Source: a virus (Duplodnaviria; Caudoviricetes). From it: 56,825 nt of DNA. How positions within the stretch are numbered: the stretch's first letter is position 1; each line of letters starts with the position of its first letter. Location of the stretch: positions 1 to 56,825 of the IMG/VR virus record IMGVR_UViG_3300032323_001295; one strand, written 5' to 3'. Positions 25,964 through 35,714 of the stretch are shown here, piece after piece. A model generated the notes under the pieces. The model was not told the origin of the DNA. It saw only the letters and a list, made by a program, of their open reading frames with translations, and made no database searches. The translations under genes were made by a program, and so were the position numbers.

Positions 25964-27215
25964 AACATTTTGTATGCACCCGTTTACAGGGTTAGCAACT
26001 AGAGAAGACGGTGCAGTTAAAGTCTGCTGCCGATCAGCTCCCATCGGGTTTATACAGGACAGTTCATTAGAAGAAATCTGGAACGGCTATGCTATGCGTG
26101 AAGTACGTAAACAGATCCTTTGCGGAGAACGTCCGGAAGTATGTAAGCCCTGTTTTGATCTAGAAGATCAAGGAGTTGAAAGTCTACGTCAGCGTCATAT
26201 CAACGGAGTTATTCCTGAAGCACGTATTAACTTATATCCTAACGCATTGGATACATTGAGAGAAGATTACACAATGCCTTTTGAATTTCCCACTATGGAG
26301 ATCAAACTTAACAATCTCTGTAATCTAAAATGTCGTATGTGCCATCCGATGGATTCGACATCGTGGAATGATTGGAATCAGGTCAAAGACTTTTATGTAA
26401 AAGAAAATAATTACTTGGTTCCAGTGATCAGCAATCTAGGTTTAGAAACTAGCAGATATCTATGTCCATTCGAAGACACAGATAATTGGTGGGCCAGCTT
26501 TGAAAAACTATTACCACACTTTAGACGAGTAGAGTTTGCTGGCGGTGAGCCATTAATGGATCCGCAGCATTACAAAATTTTAGATATGTTGAAGCCTTAT
26601 GGAAAAAATATTGAACTCAAATACGCAACTAACGGAACAACAACAGGCATCAAAGGCGGTAGAACTATACACGACTATTGGCCACATTTCCGTAGCATTG
26701 CGGTTAATGTTAGCATCGACGGTATTCACTCTGTGTATGACTATATTCGCTCTAATTCTTCGTTTGCTACCGTAGAGGAAAATGTCAAAGTATTCCAATC
26801 ATTTCCTAATGTCAGCAGAGTCGTGGGAGCATTTACAGCACAGGCGGGAAACATCCTTCAGGCAGCAGAGTGCATTGATTATTTTATTAACGAAATGAAC
26901 ATAGTTTTTTATAGCCACAGAGTCAGCTATCCTAACTGCCTATCAGCGCAGGTGTTACCCCAAGAGTTAAAAGAATTAGCCATCAGTAGATTAGAAGCAG
27001 TGTCTAAAAGAGTTCCGTTGTTTGCTAATGTAGGAAAATATCCAATATTAGAAAAAATCACACAACAGCAGATCAAAGACAACATAAACTATCTACGAGC
27101 CAAAGATCAAAATCATCTTTGGAACGACTTTGTAGAGTTCAATCGAAAGTTAGATGCTACTAGAAGTCAGGGACCTTTAGAAAATATCGTGACAGAATTT
27201 AAACCTTATGTATAA
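25947..27215 (+). CDS. radical SAM enzyme with N-terminal SPASM/twitch domain
   Basis: CMHPF..DG.VKVCC..CKPC; CNLKCRMC; AGGEP; TNG; start likely TTG 25947. Confidence 0.88.
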   Translation: MNTQSKTFCMHPFTGLATREDGAVKVCCRSAPIGFIQDSSLEEIWNGYAMREVRKQILCGERPEVCKPCFDLEDQGVESLRQRHINGVIPEARINLYPNALDTLREDYTMPFEFPTMEIKLNNLCNLKCRMCHPMDSTSWNDWNQVKDFYVKENNYLVPVISNLGLETSRYLCPFEDTDNWWASFEKLLPHFRRVEFAGGEPLMDPQHYKILDMLKPYGKNIELKYATNGTTTGIKGGRTIHDYWPHFRSIAVNVSIDGIHSVYDYIRSNSSFATVEENVKVFQSFPNVSRVVGAFTAQAGNILQAAECIDYFINEMNIVFYSHRVSYPNCLSAQVLPQELKELAISRLEAVSKRVPLFANVGKYPILEKITQQQIKDNINYLRAKDQNHLWNDFVEFNRKLDATRSQGPLENIVTEFKPYV

Positions 27216-28104
27216 AATAACCAGTGCTTGGCCCCATCAGGATCAAATTAAAGTAGAGTGGAATCTTGGCAAACGCTGCAACTATGATTGCAGTTATTGT
27301 CCTTCAGAGATTCATGATAATTTTAGTCCGCACACCGATATCAATCTTTTAGAAAAAACTGTAGATCAATTATGTGAGATCGGTAAACCATTGAGGTTAA
27401 GTTTTACAGGTGGAGAGCCCTCGGTACATCCAGACTTTGAAGATCTATTAGAGTACTGCAAAAGAAAAAGTATATTTTGGATTAACTTAACTACGAATGG
27501 TACTAGACCGTCTAGTTGGTATATTAATAATGAAATGTTTTTTAATCACATTGTATTCAGTTTACATTTTGAATATGATTGGCAGCGAGTAGTTCGTACC
27601 ATTAACGAATTCTACGATAGAACTGAAATAGATTTTTTCGTTAATGTCATGGCCCACCATGATCATATGGATAGTGTACGTAAAGTGGTCAAACAGTTTA
27701 AAGAAGTTGGTATAAAATTTGCTGTTCGTCGTATACGCTGGACTGAAGGAGATCATAATATATTCGATGATCTAAGATATCAAGGAAACGATCTTCAATG
27801 GATACTCGAACAAGATGCCACAGCCAAACCTAATGTTCGAATAGATGATAACGAAATACTACACGCCAACGATGTTATTAAACTACATAAAAATCAATTC
27901 AAAGACTGGAGTTGCAATGCTGGTTTAGAAAGCCTAATGATCAATTGGGACGGTGATGTACATCGTGCTACCTGTCGTGTAGGCGGCAGTCTAGGCAATA
28001 TCTATCAAGGAACCTTCCGTGTTCCCACAGAACCTATAACTTGTACTAGAGACTGGTGTACCTGTGCAGCGGATATTCCATTGTCAAAATGGCGTCCTGC
28101 TTAA
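27208..28104 (+). CDS. radical SAM enzyme with C-terminal SPASM/twitch-like domain
   Basis: CNYDCSYC; TGGEP; TTNG; CNAG..DG...C..CTRDWCTC. Confidence 0.88.
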   Translation: MYKITSAWPHQDQIKVEWNLGKRCNYDCSYCPSEIHDNFSPHTDINLLEKTVDQLCEIGKPLRLSFTGGEPSVHPDFEDLLEYCKRKSIFWINLTTNGTRPSSWYINNEMFFNHIVFSLHFEYDWQRVVRTINEFYDRTEIDFFVNVMAHHDHMDSVRKVVKQFKEVGIKFAVRRIRWTEGDHNIFDDLRYQGNDLQWILEQDATAKPNVRIDDNEILHANDVIKLHKNQFKDWSCNAGLESLMINWDGDVHRATCRVGGSLGNIYQGTFRVPTEPITCTRDWCTCAADIPLSKWRPA

Positions 28105-29068
28105 CAAACTTTGTAGCATTTATTTCTGGTTGACAGAAACAACCTTCCTGTCTACAGGTCGTTTCTTTAATCTCCGGAGCGAATGTTTCCTTGAACTTTT
28201 CATCAAATACATTATATTTGAAATCAAGATCATAAAGCGTTTCTCCGCAGGCTCCTTGTAGGTTGCCGTCTTTGTTGACATAAAGTGTTTCAATACCCAG
28301 ACTACAGCTCCATCCTTTGAAACGGTTTAGACCGTTCAATGATATCCAGTTCTTATCAACTTTCTTAGTAGTAAAATTTTCAAATGTCAGCTTAGGGTTT
28401 CTGCTGATCATCTTGTTATTTTTCAACCACCAAAACATATTAGGCATTCTTTTTACAGAATCGCTGATAAATTTTTTCTGATCTTCTGTATAGGAAATAG
28501 TAGAATGAGAAACTTCTAATGCTATAAGCGGCCACTTGTGTTTGCTATTCTTCAATCGTTCTATGATAGATAAACACTGATCCCATTGAGTAGGATCCAT
28601 TAATACCATTGCTGTTAGATCTACATTTTGTTTGTAAAGGCAATCAGCTACTTCGATAGTATGATCGGTATTGATAAATTGATGATGACAACTGATCATT
28701 ACATGATCAAAGTTCTTACCGTATTCTTGCCACCAACGCAGAGTACGTGATCCATTAGTGGATATACTAATAATACATCGATAATTGTCTTTGAAAAATC
28801 TAGTGAATCGTTCTATCTCGGGCCAGACGGTTGGTTCCCCGCCGATGATATGTATATGGAATCTTTTCTTACCTAGTTTTTCTTTATAATAATCAAATAA
28901 GAAACAGAGATTAGATGTTAATGGTTCTAGGTTAGGCCAGCGGTGTGTGCCTTCGTTGCTGCCTGGAAAACAATACCAACACTTGTAATTGCAGACATTG
29001 CTAAGAAATAATTCTATTCTCAGCAGATCCTGTGGTGCATTAGAATCTATCCGTACAATGTCTTTCAT
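28046..29068 (-). CDS. radical SAM enzyme with C-terminal SPASM/twitch-like domain
   Basis: CNYKCWYC; GGEPT; STNGSR; CSLG..DG..C..CRQEGCFC. Confidence 0.88.
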   Translation of the reverse strand: MKDIVRIDSNAPQDLLRIELFLSNVCNYKCWYCFPGSNEGTHRWPNLEPLTSNLCFLFDYYKEKLGKKRFHIHIIGGEPTVWPEIERFTRFFKDNYRCIISISTNGSRTLRWWQEYGKNFDHVMISCHHQFINTDHTIEVADCLYKQNVDLTAMVLMDPTQWDQCLSIIERLKNSKHKWPLIALEVSHSTISYTEDQKKFISDSVKRMPNMFWWLKNNKMISRNPKLTFENFTTKKVDKNWISLNGLNRFKGWSCSLGIETLYVNKDGNLQGACGETLYDLDFKYNVFDEKFKETFAPEIKETTCRQEGCFCQPEINATKFVKQDAILTMEYPLHRYTSL

Positions 29069-30477
29069 AGCAGATGTGCTAGTTCTGGAAATGTCTTTTT
29101 AAAGTCTGTTTTTCTCAGAGTATCTAATTTTTCTATATACTCTCGGAATGCAGGCAATAGATGTGTGTGATCTTCTGAATCCATAAAGTCTAACATAGCC
29201 TGCCAACGGCGCCAACCGTAGGGATTATATTTCCAAAAGTTATCATCTTGACGATAATTGTCCCACAACCATTGTTTGAACTCTGCAAACTTTTCTCTGA
29301 CTTCTTGTTTGTCCTGCTCGGGCAGCACACGTAGGCTAAGGAATGTTGGAATATACAGCAGATGCATATTAATAATACCACCGCCAGCATCTGCGCCTTC
29401 CATAACTTCAGCTAGATTTATTTTACGATAGTTTTTCTGTATCTTCCATTTGGCAAAGTCTGGAAGATGTTTGATGTTTAATATCTGTATGGCAGTGGCG
29501 ATGCTGACTTCTACATTGTCAGGAGTCTGATCTAGTATATCTAGATTCTTTTCTACTATGCTCCAATCCGTAGGGAATCTAATATAGTGATTACGATCAC
29601 CGTAGGCATCTTGGCTACAGGCAAATTTAACTTTCTTAAAGTTTTTCCATAGATCTATGATGTCTTGATCCAAAAGCAGTCCATTAGAATTGTATCTGAT
29701 CAGAATCTTGTCTGCATAACCTTGCCTTACGATTTCTTCTAAGAACAGTTTATGTTCTTTGATCATCAAGGGTTCACCGCCGGCGAAGTATACTTGCCTT
29801 AGGTTAGGAATCTGAGCATACATCTCTTTCCAGAAGTCTGGATTCTCATGCCAGAAGTTATTAAAATCTTCACGACCCCAGGCCATCTGCTCTTTTAGTT
29901 CTTTGGCTTGAAATAGAGGATACACTTTTTTGTGATCGGCTACCCATTGACTGCTGTCGTGTGGGCTACACATGATACATTTTAGATTACAGGTATGTCC
30001 TAGTCTGAGATCTAGATAAACTAAGTTTTCTGGTACGGTACCATCTTCTTCTGTCTGTTTAATTAATTCGGGTACGTCGATACCATCTTGTACCCATAGA
30101 CCAGTTTCCCACATGCGTTTGCTAGAAACACCTTTGGCTTCTTCATCGAAACATTTAGAACAGCTTTTGGGAATGTTACCTTCTAACATAGTGGTGCGCA
30201 CTGACCTCATGTATTCGTTGTTCCAGGCACTCATAGGGGTTTCTCTGCCAAAATTAGCAGGTCGACCAGTTTCGTTTTTCACAAGACCGATTTGATGATC
30301 TTCGCCGGCGCCACTGGAGTTAGCACCACAACAGAGTCTCATATCACCATTGGGTCTAGTAGCAAAGTGTATCCACGGCAGCACACAGAAAGTATGACTC
30401 CCGGAAAGATCAGCGACCTTACGCTGCCACTTACCTAGCAGGTTATCTTCGGGCTGTAACCAATAAATTTTATCCAT
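29065..30477 (-). CDS. radical SAM enzyme with N-terminal SPASM/twitch domain
   Basis: CVLPW..NG..RLCC..CSKC; CNLKCIMC; AGGEP. Confidence 0.88.
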   Translation of the reverse strand: MDKIYWLQPEDNLLGKWQRKVADLSGSHTFCVLPWIHFATRPNGDMRLCCGANSSGAGEDHQIGLVKNETGRPANFGRETPMSAWNNEYMRSVRTTMLEGNIPKSCSKCFDEEAKGVSSKRMWETGLWVQDGIDVPELIKQTEEDGTVPENLVYLDLRLGHTCNLKCIMCSPHDSSQWVADHKKVYPLFQAKELKEQMAWGREDFNNFWHENPDFWKEMYAQIPNLRQVYFAGGEPLMIKEHKLFLEEIVRQGYADKILIRYNSNGLLLDQDIIDLWKNFKKVKFACSQDAYGDRNHYIRFPTDWSIVEKNLDILDQTPDNVEVSIATAIQILNIKHLPDFAKWKIQKNYRKINLAEVMEGADAGGGIINMHLLYIPTFLSLRVLPEQDKQEVREKFAEFKQWLWDNYRQDDNFWKYNPYGWRRWQAMLDFMDSEDHTHLLPAFREYIEKLDTLRKTDFKKTFPELAHLL

Positions 30478-31561
30478 TAAATGTTTCTACTTTTACAAAT
30501 TGATCATCGTACTGTGTTAATATCTTTTCAGGAAATACTCCGCAGGTCTTAGCACAGGTAGCTAATTTTTTATCTTCCCAATATTTAGACCAAATATTTC
30601 TCCACTGCGAATCCGATAGTATTTCTTTTACGGATCTAGATTTTAGATCGATAGCGGTATAACCTCCTAGCGATTCTACCAGTTCGTTGATAACAGCAGT
30701 CTGTTCAGTCTGATATGTGTGAATAAGATCTGTAGACTTGCTGTAGATATAAGGCAGCGCACCTATCCAACAACAGGGCCATAGATTTTTAAAAGCATCT
30801 ATGTACAGAGATTTGTCCTGCATGACCTTGCAGCGTATTTCCGCTGTTTCAACTACTTTTTTATAACCTAAGATGATCTTAGGATCGATAAAAGTTATCT
30901 TATGTTCCTGTGGAGGCTCTATCTTATAAGCTAGGTTGCCATCTTGATCTAATACATCCAACCAGGGCTTTTCTAAAAATCTGCTAGTAGCTTTGTGATT
31001 AAACTTTTCAAAGCCCAGTGTTCTCGCTAATTCTTTTGCTTCATCGATCTGATGTTCGTTATGCTTGAAGCTGAGATAAACCCATTCTGCTTTGCCTCCA
31101 TTGCTGATAAACGTTTTAGCATTTTCAATAATCTTATTGAAGTCTGTGCCTATCCTATACAAATGATGCGTATCTGCTAATCCATCTAAGGCAAAATGCA
31201 CACAATGTTCTTCAGGCAATGCCTGTGCCAACTGCTGCCACCAATCTTTAGTTCTGGCACTGCCGTTAGTGTGGATACCTATGTTGATAGACGGCTTCAT
31301 GGTCTTGCAATATTCCACTATATCGATAAGGTCATTAGACATTATAGGATCGCCATAGTTTCCACAGAAATAGATATATCCAATCTGACCAAACACTTCA
31401 GCATCGACTATTTTTTTAAAATCTTCTAGAGATATTTCGTCTAAAGGAAGATTGGTATTTTTCTGACCGCCGTGATAGTTTCTTGCACACATAGGACAAC
31501 TGGCCTGACATCTCGAGGTCAATTCAATGTGCAGTGTTTTAAGTTCTGAAAAATCAAACAT
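30470..31561 (-). CDS. radical SAM enzyme with C-terminal twitch-like domain
   Basis: CQASCPMC; CGNYGDP; HTNG; PCCW..CAKTC. Confidence 0.85.
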   Translation of the reverse strand: MFDFSELKTLHIELTSRCQASCPMCARNYHGGQKNTNLPLDEISLEDFKKIVDAEVFGQIGYIYFCGNYGDPIMSNDLIDIVEYCKTMKPSINIGIHTNGSARTKDWWQQLAQALPEEHCVHFALDGLADTHHLYRIGTDFNKIIENAKTFISNGGKAEWVYLSFKHNEHQIDEAKELARTLGFEKFNHKATSRFLEKPWLDVLDQDGNLAYKIEPPQEHKITFIDPKIILGYKKVVETAEIRCKVMQDKSLYIDAFKNLWPCCWIGALPYIYSKSTDLIHTYQTEQTAVINELVESLGGYTAIDLKSRSVKEILSDSQWRNIWSKYWEDKKLATCAKTCGVFPEKILTQYDDQFVKVETFNG

Positions 31562-32150
31562 TCTTGTGTCCTATGAGCATGAATCTTTTATATAAAGGTA
31601 ATTCTAATTCCCCTGCCCACAATACTTTGATATTACATTGATCTTTAAATTCTTCTAAGCTGTCAGCTATCCTAACATGTTCTGGTATATTATAATTGTT
31701 GCTTTGAAGAACTAACAAACTGTTGTGAGAAACTTTGTCTAGCCAATTATTAAATTGTTCTTGTGTGATATGCTCACAGCTAGTGTTAATGATAACATCT
31801 GCACTGCTATCTACTGAACACATGTCGGCAGTGATAGCAGAAAACTTACCAACCATTTCTTCTATCTTATTCATGTTGATAGCGATTGGTTCACACAATG
31901 GATCAATATCTATACTGCGGATTTTTAATATAGGAACATCACTTTGAAATAACATACTGGCTAATACGCCTACCCAACCTCCGTGGATATCTACCGTGAC
32001 AAACTTGTGAATGTGTTTGCGTAGATTTGTAATCAGCCACTCTTTGCTTTTAAGTTGTCCCTGCCAGAAGGCATCCATAGTCCGCATAGGTTCTGGACTT
32101 TGTCTTATGGCCTGCATCCAATGATGTAGATGTTCTGTGTCTATTTGCAT
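31554..32150 (-). CDS. class I SAM-dependent methyltransferase-like protein
   Basis: VDIHGGWVG; SIDIDP; DVIINTSCEH. Confidence 0.65.
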   Translation of the reverse strand: MQIDTEHLHHWMQAIRQSPEPMRTMDAFWQGQLKSKEWLITNLRKHIHKFVTVDIHGGWVGVLASMLFQSDVPILKIRSIDIDPLCEPIAINMNKIEEMVGKFSAITADMCSVDSSADVIINTSCEHITQEQFNNWLDKVSHNSLLVLQSNNYNIPEHVRIADSLEEFKDQCNIKVLWAGELELPLYKRFMLIGHKNV

Positions 32151-33121
32151 TTTGGTATCTTCGAGTCTGCTGAACTAAAACAGCTAGGTGTTGTACATAT
32201 CGTAGGAGATTTAAAAAGTTGAAAACCTTTAGTTAGGGTTCCTAATCTCATGTCGTGGCAACTATAACTTCTTTTAACTTCATCGCTCCGTATAATCACA
32301 CTCTGGAATCCAGAATTACAATGCCAATCTTCAAATTTGTTAAAACCAAAAGCGTTGAATCTTTCTGCTTGATCAAATAGATATTCTTTGCCTTCAGCAT
32401 CATATAGGGCTATTTGATACAGTTCTTCTCCGTTGGCGTGTTGAGGAAATCCTGTCTGCATTTTTTCTATCATATCATCTGTGTAACCTTCTACGATAAA
32501 ACTAGCAGTAGGATCGCTCTGTGGTTTTAGTGTTACATTAATTCCCCGGTCATGCAATCTTTTCATACGTTCATAAAGGTCATAGAACTTTTCCGGAACC
32601 ATAACCTGATTAATAGTTACATAGACTTGCTCATACATCAGTTGTAGGCATTTGTCTCCAAACTCTTGTTCTTTGGCAAACTCATCATGGAAACTGGCTG
32701 TTATGCTCCTACGCTGTAATAGTGAAGTTGCTTCGCACCAACTTTTCCACCACTTGCTACCAGGACTTAAATTCGTTGTCATGTGGACACTTTGGTAGCC
32801 GCTTTCTTTTTCGTCTAGGTGTTTAATCAATTCGATCAAGTCTTTATAGGCCGTAGGCTCACCGCCACTGAAACTCCAATGGAATTCTGTGAATCCATTT
32901 TCGCGAGCCTGTCTTTTGATTTCGTCTACGGTTCTTTTATAAACTTCTAAAGTGTCATAATCTACTTTGTCCGATCTAGCATAAGGCCAGCAGTAGGAAC
33001 ATTTATAATTACAGAAGCGACCAAGTATCCAACTTACAGAAAACAAAGGTCTGTCTAGCATAGTACGTTGTCCAAAGCGTACTATATTTTGAAATGGTAT
33101 TGATTTGAAATCGGTTGTCAT
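32141..33121 (-). CDS. radical SAM enzyme with C-terminal twitch-like domain
   Basis: CNYKCSYC; SGGEPT; TTNLS; CNSG..C..CTTPSC. Confidence 0.88.
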   Translation of the reverse strand: MTTDFKSIPFQNIVRFGQRTMLDRPLFSVSWILGRFCNYKCSYCWPYARSDKVDYDTLEVYKRTVDEIKRQARENGFTEFHWSFSGGEPTAYKDLIELIKHLDEKESGYQSVHMTTNLSPGSKWWKSWCEATSLLQRRSITASFHDEFAKEQEFGDKCLQLMYEQVYVTINQVMVPEKFYDLYERMKRLHDRGINVTLKPQSDPTASFIVEGYTDDMIEKMQTGFPQHANGEELYQIALYDAEGKEYLFDQAERFNAFGFNKFEDWHCNSGFQSVIIRSDEVKRSYSCHDMRLGTLTKGFQLFKSPTICTTPSCFSSADSKIPKCK

Positions 33122-33149
33122 AATGTGCTAATATTTAATCATAAAAATG

Positions 33150-33178
33150 TTGACGTCGGTTAAACTAGGTTATATAAT
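33150..33178 (+). promoter_or_regulatory. sigma70-type promoter driving tRNA-like RNA
   Basis: TTGACG 33150-33155, TATAAT 33173-33178, 17-bp spacer; predicted start site about 33185. Confidence 0.8.
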
Positions 33179-33184
33179 AACAAT

Positions 33185-33296
33185 GTGGTCGTGAGTGGAA
33201 TATGGGAGACCTCCGGTCCGTTGAGAAACGCACTTGGGTTATGGGGCGCCGACTTAGTCACAGCCTTTGTAGGTTCGAATCCTACCGACCACACCA
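33185..33296 (+). ncRNA. tRNA-like RNA (112 nt) lacking a canonical anticodon arm
   Basis: Perfect acceptor GTGGTCG/CGACCAC+ACCA; T arm GTAGG-TTCGAAT-CCTAC; Leu-like D arm; ~55 nt central region with GAGA-capped hairpin. Confidence 0.8.
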
Positions 33297-33340
33297 TTTA
33301 CCTTTATAAGTAAATGACGCATAACTAAAAGGAAAAAATT

Positions 33341-33535
33341 ATGTCAAACACAGTAGAACAATTAAAAGCCGCAATGGATTCATTTCTTGCAGAAGATTCT
33401 AAATTTACCGCAGGCAATGGAGCAGCAGGAACTCGTGCTCGTAAAGCCCTTCAAGAAATGGCCAAGCTAGTCAAAGCCCGTCGTACTGAAATCACAGAGG
33501 AAAAGAACGCTCGTAAAGAAGCTAAGGCTGCTTAA
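33341..33535 (+). CDS. small basic protein, histone H1-like Hc1 N-terminal-domain family
   Basis: GNGAAGTRARKALQEM..RRTEI pattern. Confidence 0.6.
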   Translation: MSNTVEQLKAAMDSFLAEDSKFTAGNGAAGTRARKALQEMAKLVKARRTEITEEKNARKEAKAA

Positions 33536-33537
33536 AA

Positions 33538-34002
33538 ATGGACAGCAAAGATCTACCGTCATTTACGTTAGATGACATAACAATAGATCTAGGGGATTCT
33601 GGTGCTGCCGGGACTTATAATATAACAGGTGCCGGCGGCAACGATACCATTACTTTAGATCCTATTTGGTCAACTATGGGCAGTACAATAACTATACCAT
33701 CAACAACATTATCGACTGGTTCAGGTGGTTCAGGAATTAACTATACAACTTCTTATAATTGGGCACCCTCGCCGGCCACTGTCAACATTACCAGCGATGG
33801 TATTGACATGGCTGCTGGTACTGATATCAAAGTAGATGGTAAGAGTCTCAAAGAGTTCATGTCAAAGATGGAACAGAGATTGTCTATACTAGTTCCAGAT
33901 CCTGCTAAACTAGAAAAATTCGAAGCTCTTAAAAAGGCCTACGAACATTATAAAACTATGGAAAGCCTTTGTTTTGACGAACCCAAGGAAGAAGATAAGT
34001 GA
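33538..34002 (+). CDS. hypothetical protein
   Basis: 154 aa; T/G/S-rich N-half, helical C-terminus. Confidence 0.75.
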   Translation: MDSKDLPSFTLDDITIDLGDSGAAGTYNITGAGGNDTITLDPIWSTMGSTITIPSTTLSTGSGGSGINYTTSYNWAPSPATVNITSDGIDMAAGTDIKVDGKSLKEFMSKMEQRLSILVPDPAKLEKFEALKKAYEHYKTMESLCFDEPKEEDK

Positions 34003-34661
34003 CCACACGATTATACAATATCCTTAACAGAATGATCGACAACGGATTGGTTATTGATACAGTCTATGACATCGGCGCCTGTATCGGTTCTTGGAGTTCT
34101 GACATAAAGAAAAATTGTCTAACCGACTCGACATTTTTTCTGTTCGAACCTAATGAAAAATATATTCCCATACTTTCTCAGTCTGGGTTTTATTTCTTTA
34201 CTTCTCTATTAAGCAGTCCAGGGAAAGGTGTGGTAAAGTTTTATAATGGTACTAATACTGGAGATAGCTATTATAAAGAAACTACTAAATGGTATGACGA
34301 CCAAGAATCTATAGATGTACAATCGCATACACTTGATCAAGTTATCGAAGCTCACAAATTGCCGATTCCTGATTTCATTAAAATAGATACGCAGGGTTCC
34401 GAATTAGATATTCTTTTAGGTGCAGAATCTACTATTGATAAAGTCAGTGTTATACATATCGAATGTCCTATTATCGAATATAACACAGGAGCTCCTAACA
34501 TACAGAATTATTTAGATTATTTCAAATCTAAAAATTTCATTCCTGTAGAAGTGACCGAAATACACATCGGAGAAGATACACTTTTACAAATTGATATTTT
34601 ATTTGTTAGAAGAGATATCAAAGAAAAATACCTACAACCAAATGATTTTATAAGAGTATAA
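33999..34661 (+). CDS. FkbM family methyltransferase
   Basis: YDIGACIG; FEPN; TLD; IKIDTQGSELDIL.G. Confidence 0.88.
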   Translation: MTTRLYNILNRMIDNGLVIDTVYDIGACIGSWSSDIKKNCLTDSTFFLFEPNEKYIPILSQSGFYFFTSLLSSPGKGVVKFYNGTNTGDSYYKETTKWYDDQESIDVQSHTLDQVIEAHKLPIPDFIKIDTQGSELDILLGAESTIDKVSVIHIECPIIEYNTGAPNIQNYLDYFKSKNFIPVEVTEIHIGEDTLLQIDILFVRRDIKEKYLQPNDFIRV

Positions 34662-34664
34662 TTA

Positions 34665-35336
34665 ATGAATGTTAAACTGGTATCCTATTCACAACCAACA
34701 GCAGAATTTGCAGACATGGGCATCGCAGATGCGCAGGAACTCATTGCGTATTGCGCCCGTGTCAGCAATCCATCGAACCAATTCAATACAGAGACATCAG
34801 AGAAGCTTATACGATATCTTGTTAAACACGCACACTGGAGTCCCTTGGAAATGGTTTCAGCCTGTGTTGAAATCTCAACCACTAGAGATATCGCAAGACA
34901 GATACTCAGACATAGAAGTTTTAGTTTCCAAGAGTTCAGTCAACGATATGCTGACCCTACTAAAGACCTCTCGTTCATACTGCGAGAAGCACGACTTCAA
35001 GACCCAAAGAACAGACAGAACAGTGTCGAAACAGATGACGAACGCCTACAGAGAGATTGGGAACATCATCAACAGCAGGTCATCGACTATGCCCGAAGTG
35101 CCTACGAATGGGCTATCGCTAAAGGCATAGCCAAAGAACAGGCTCGTGCAGTTCTTCCAGAAGGCCTGATCGAAAGTAAACTTTATATGAACGGCACACT
35201 GCGTTCATGGGTACACTTTATCGAACTGCGTTCAGCCAATGGTACACAGAAAGAACATCAACTCGTAGCACTAGCCTGCGCCAAAGCGATCGCAGCGATC
35301 TTTCCAATGACCGAAAGTCTTGTAAACAATGGATGA
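34665..35336 (+). CDS. thyX: FAD-dependent thymidylate synthase
   Basis: HWSPLE; RHRSFSFQEFSQRY (RHRx7S); AKEQARAVLP. Confidence 0.96.
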   Translation: MNVKLVSYSQPTAEFADMGIADAQELIAYCARVSNPSNQFNTETSEKLIRYLVKHAHWSPLEMVSACVEISTTRDIARQILRHRSFSFQEFSQRYADPTKDLSFILREARLQDPKNRQNSVETDDERLQRDWEHHQQQVIDYARSAYEWAIAKGIAKEQARAVLPEGLIESKLYMNGTLRSWVHFIELRSANGTQKEHQLVALACAKAIAAIFPMTESLVNNG

Positions 35337-35712
35337 AGAAGTTAAACAATTTTGTGAAAACTACGAGGTTCGTGTCTTGAACGATACTAAGCGCAGGGCA
35401 CGGTACCATCCTCCTAAGTTCTTTACAGATCCTGAACGTGCTGATATCATCCGTAATGATATCGTAGAGTTCGAACACGAGAAAGTGATCACTATGGAAA
35501 TTCCAGAAGGTCGGCTTCGTGCATTAATAGAAATGGAACGCAGATTCTATAAATGGCAACGACACAGTAAATCAGAAGTTGATATGTTTGAAACTCTGAT
35601 GAACAAAGAACGTGAAGAAGCATTCTATCGAAACTCTAATCCTGCTGTGAAAAAAGCATACGAACAATATTCAATTATGCTAAACTTAGCAGGTTACCAG
35701 AGGAAATTTTAA
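35329..35712 (+). CDS. hypothetical protein
   Basis: 127 aa ORF overlapping thyX stop. Confidence 0.75.
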   Translation: MDEEVKQFCENYEVRVLNDTKRRARYHPPKFFTDPERADIIRNDIVEFEHEKVITMEIPEGRLRALIEMERRFYKWQRHSKSEVDMFETLMNKEREEAFYRNSNPAVKKAYEQYSIMLNLAGYQRKF

Positions 35713-35714
35713 AA

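Noticed and set aside
33185-33296. tmRNA or ochre-suppressor (TTA) tRNA
   Set aside because: No G3:U70 Ala determinant or tag ORF; TTA sits in a 3-nt loop at the variable-arm position, not a 7-nt anticodon loop
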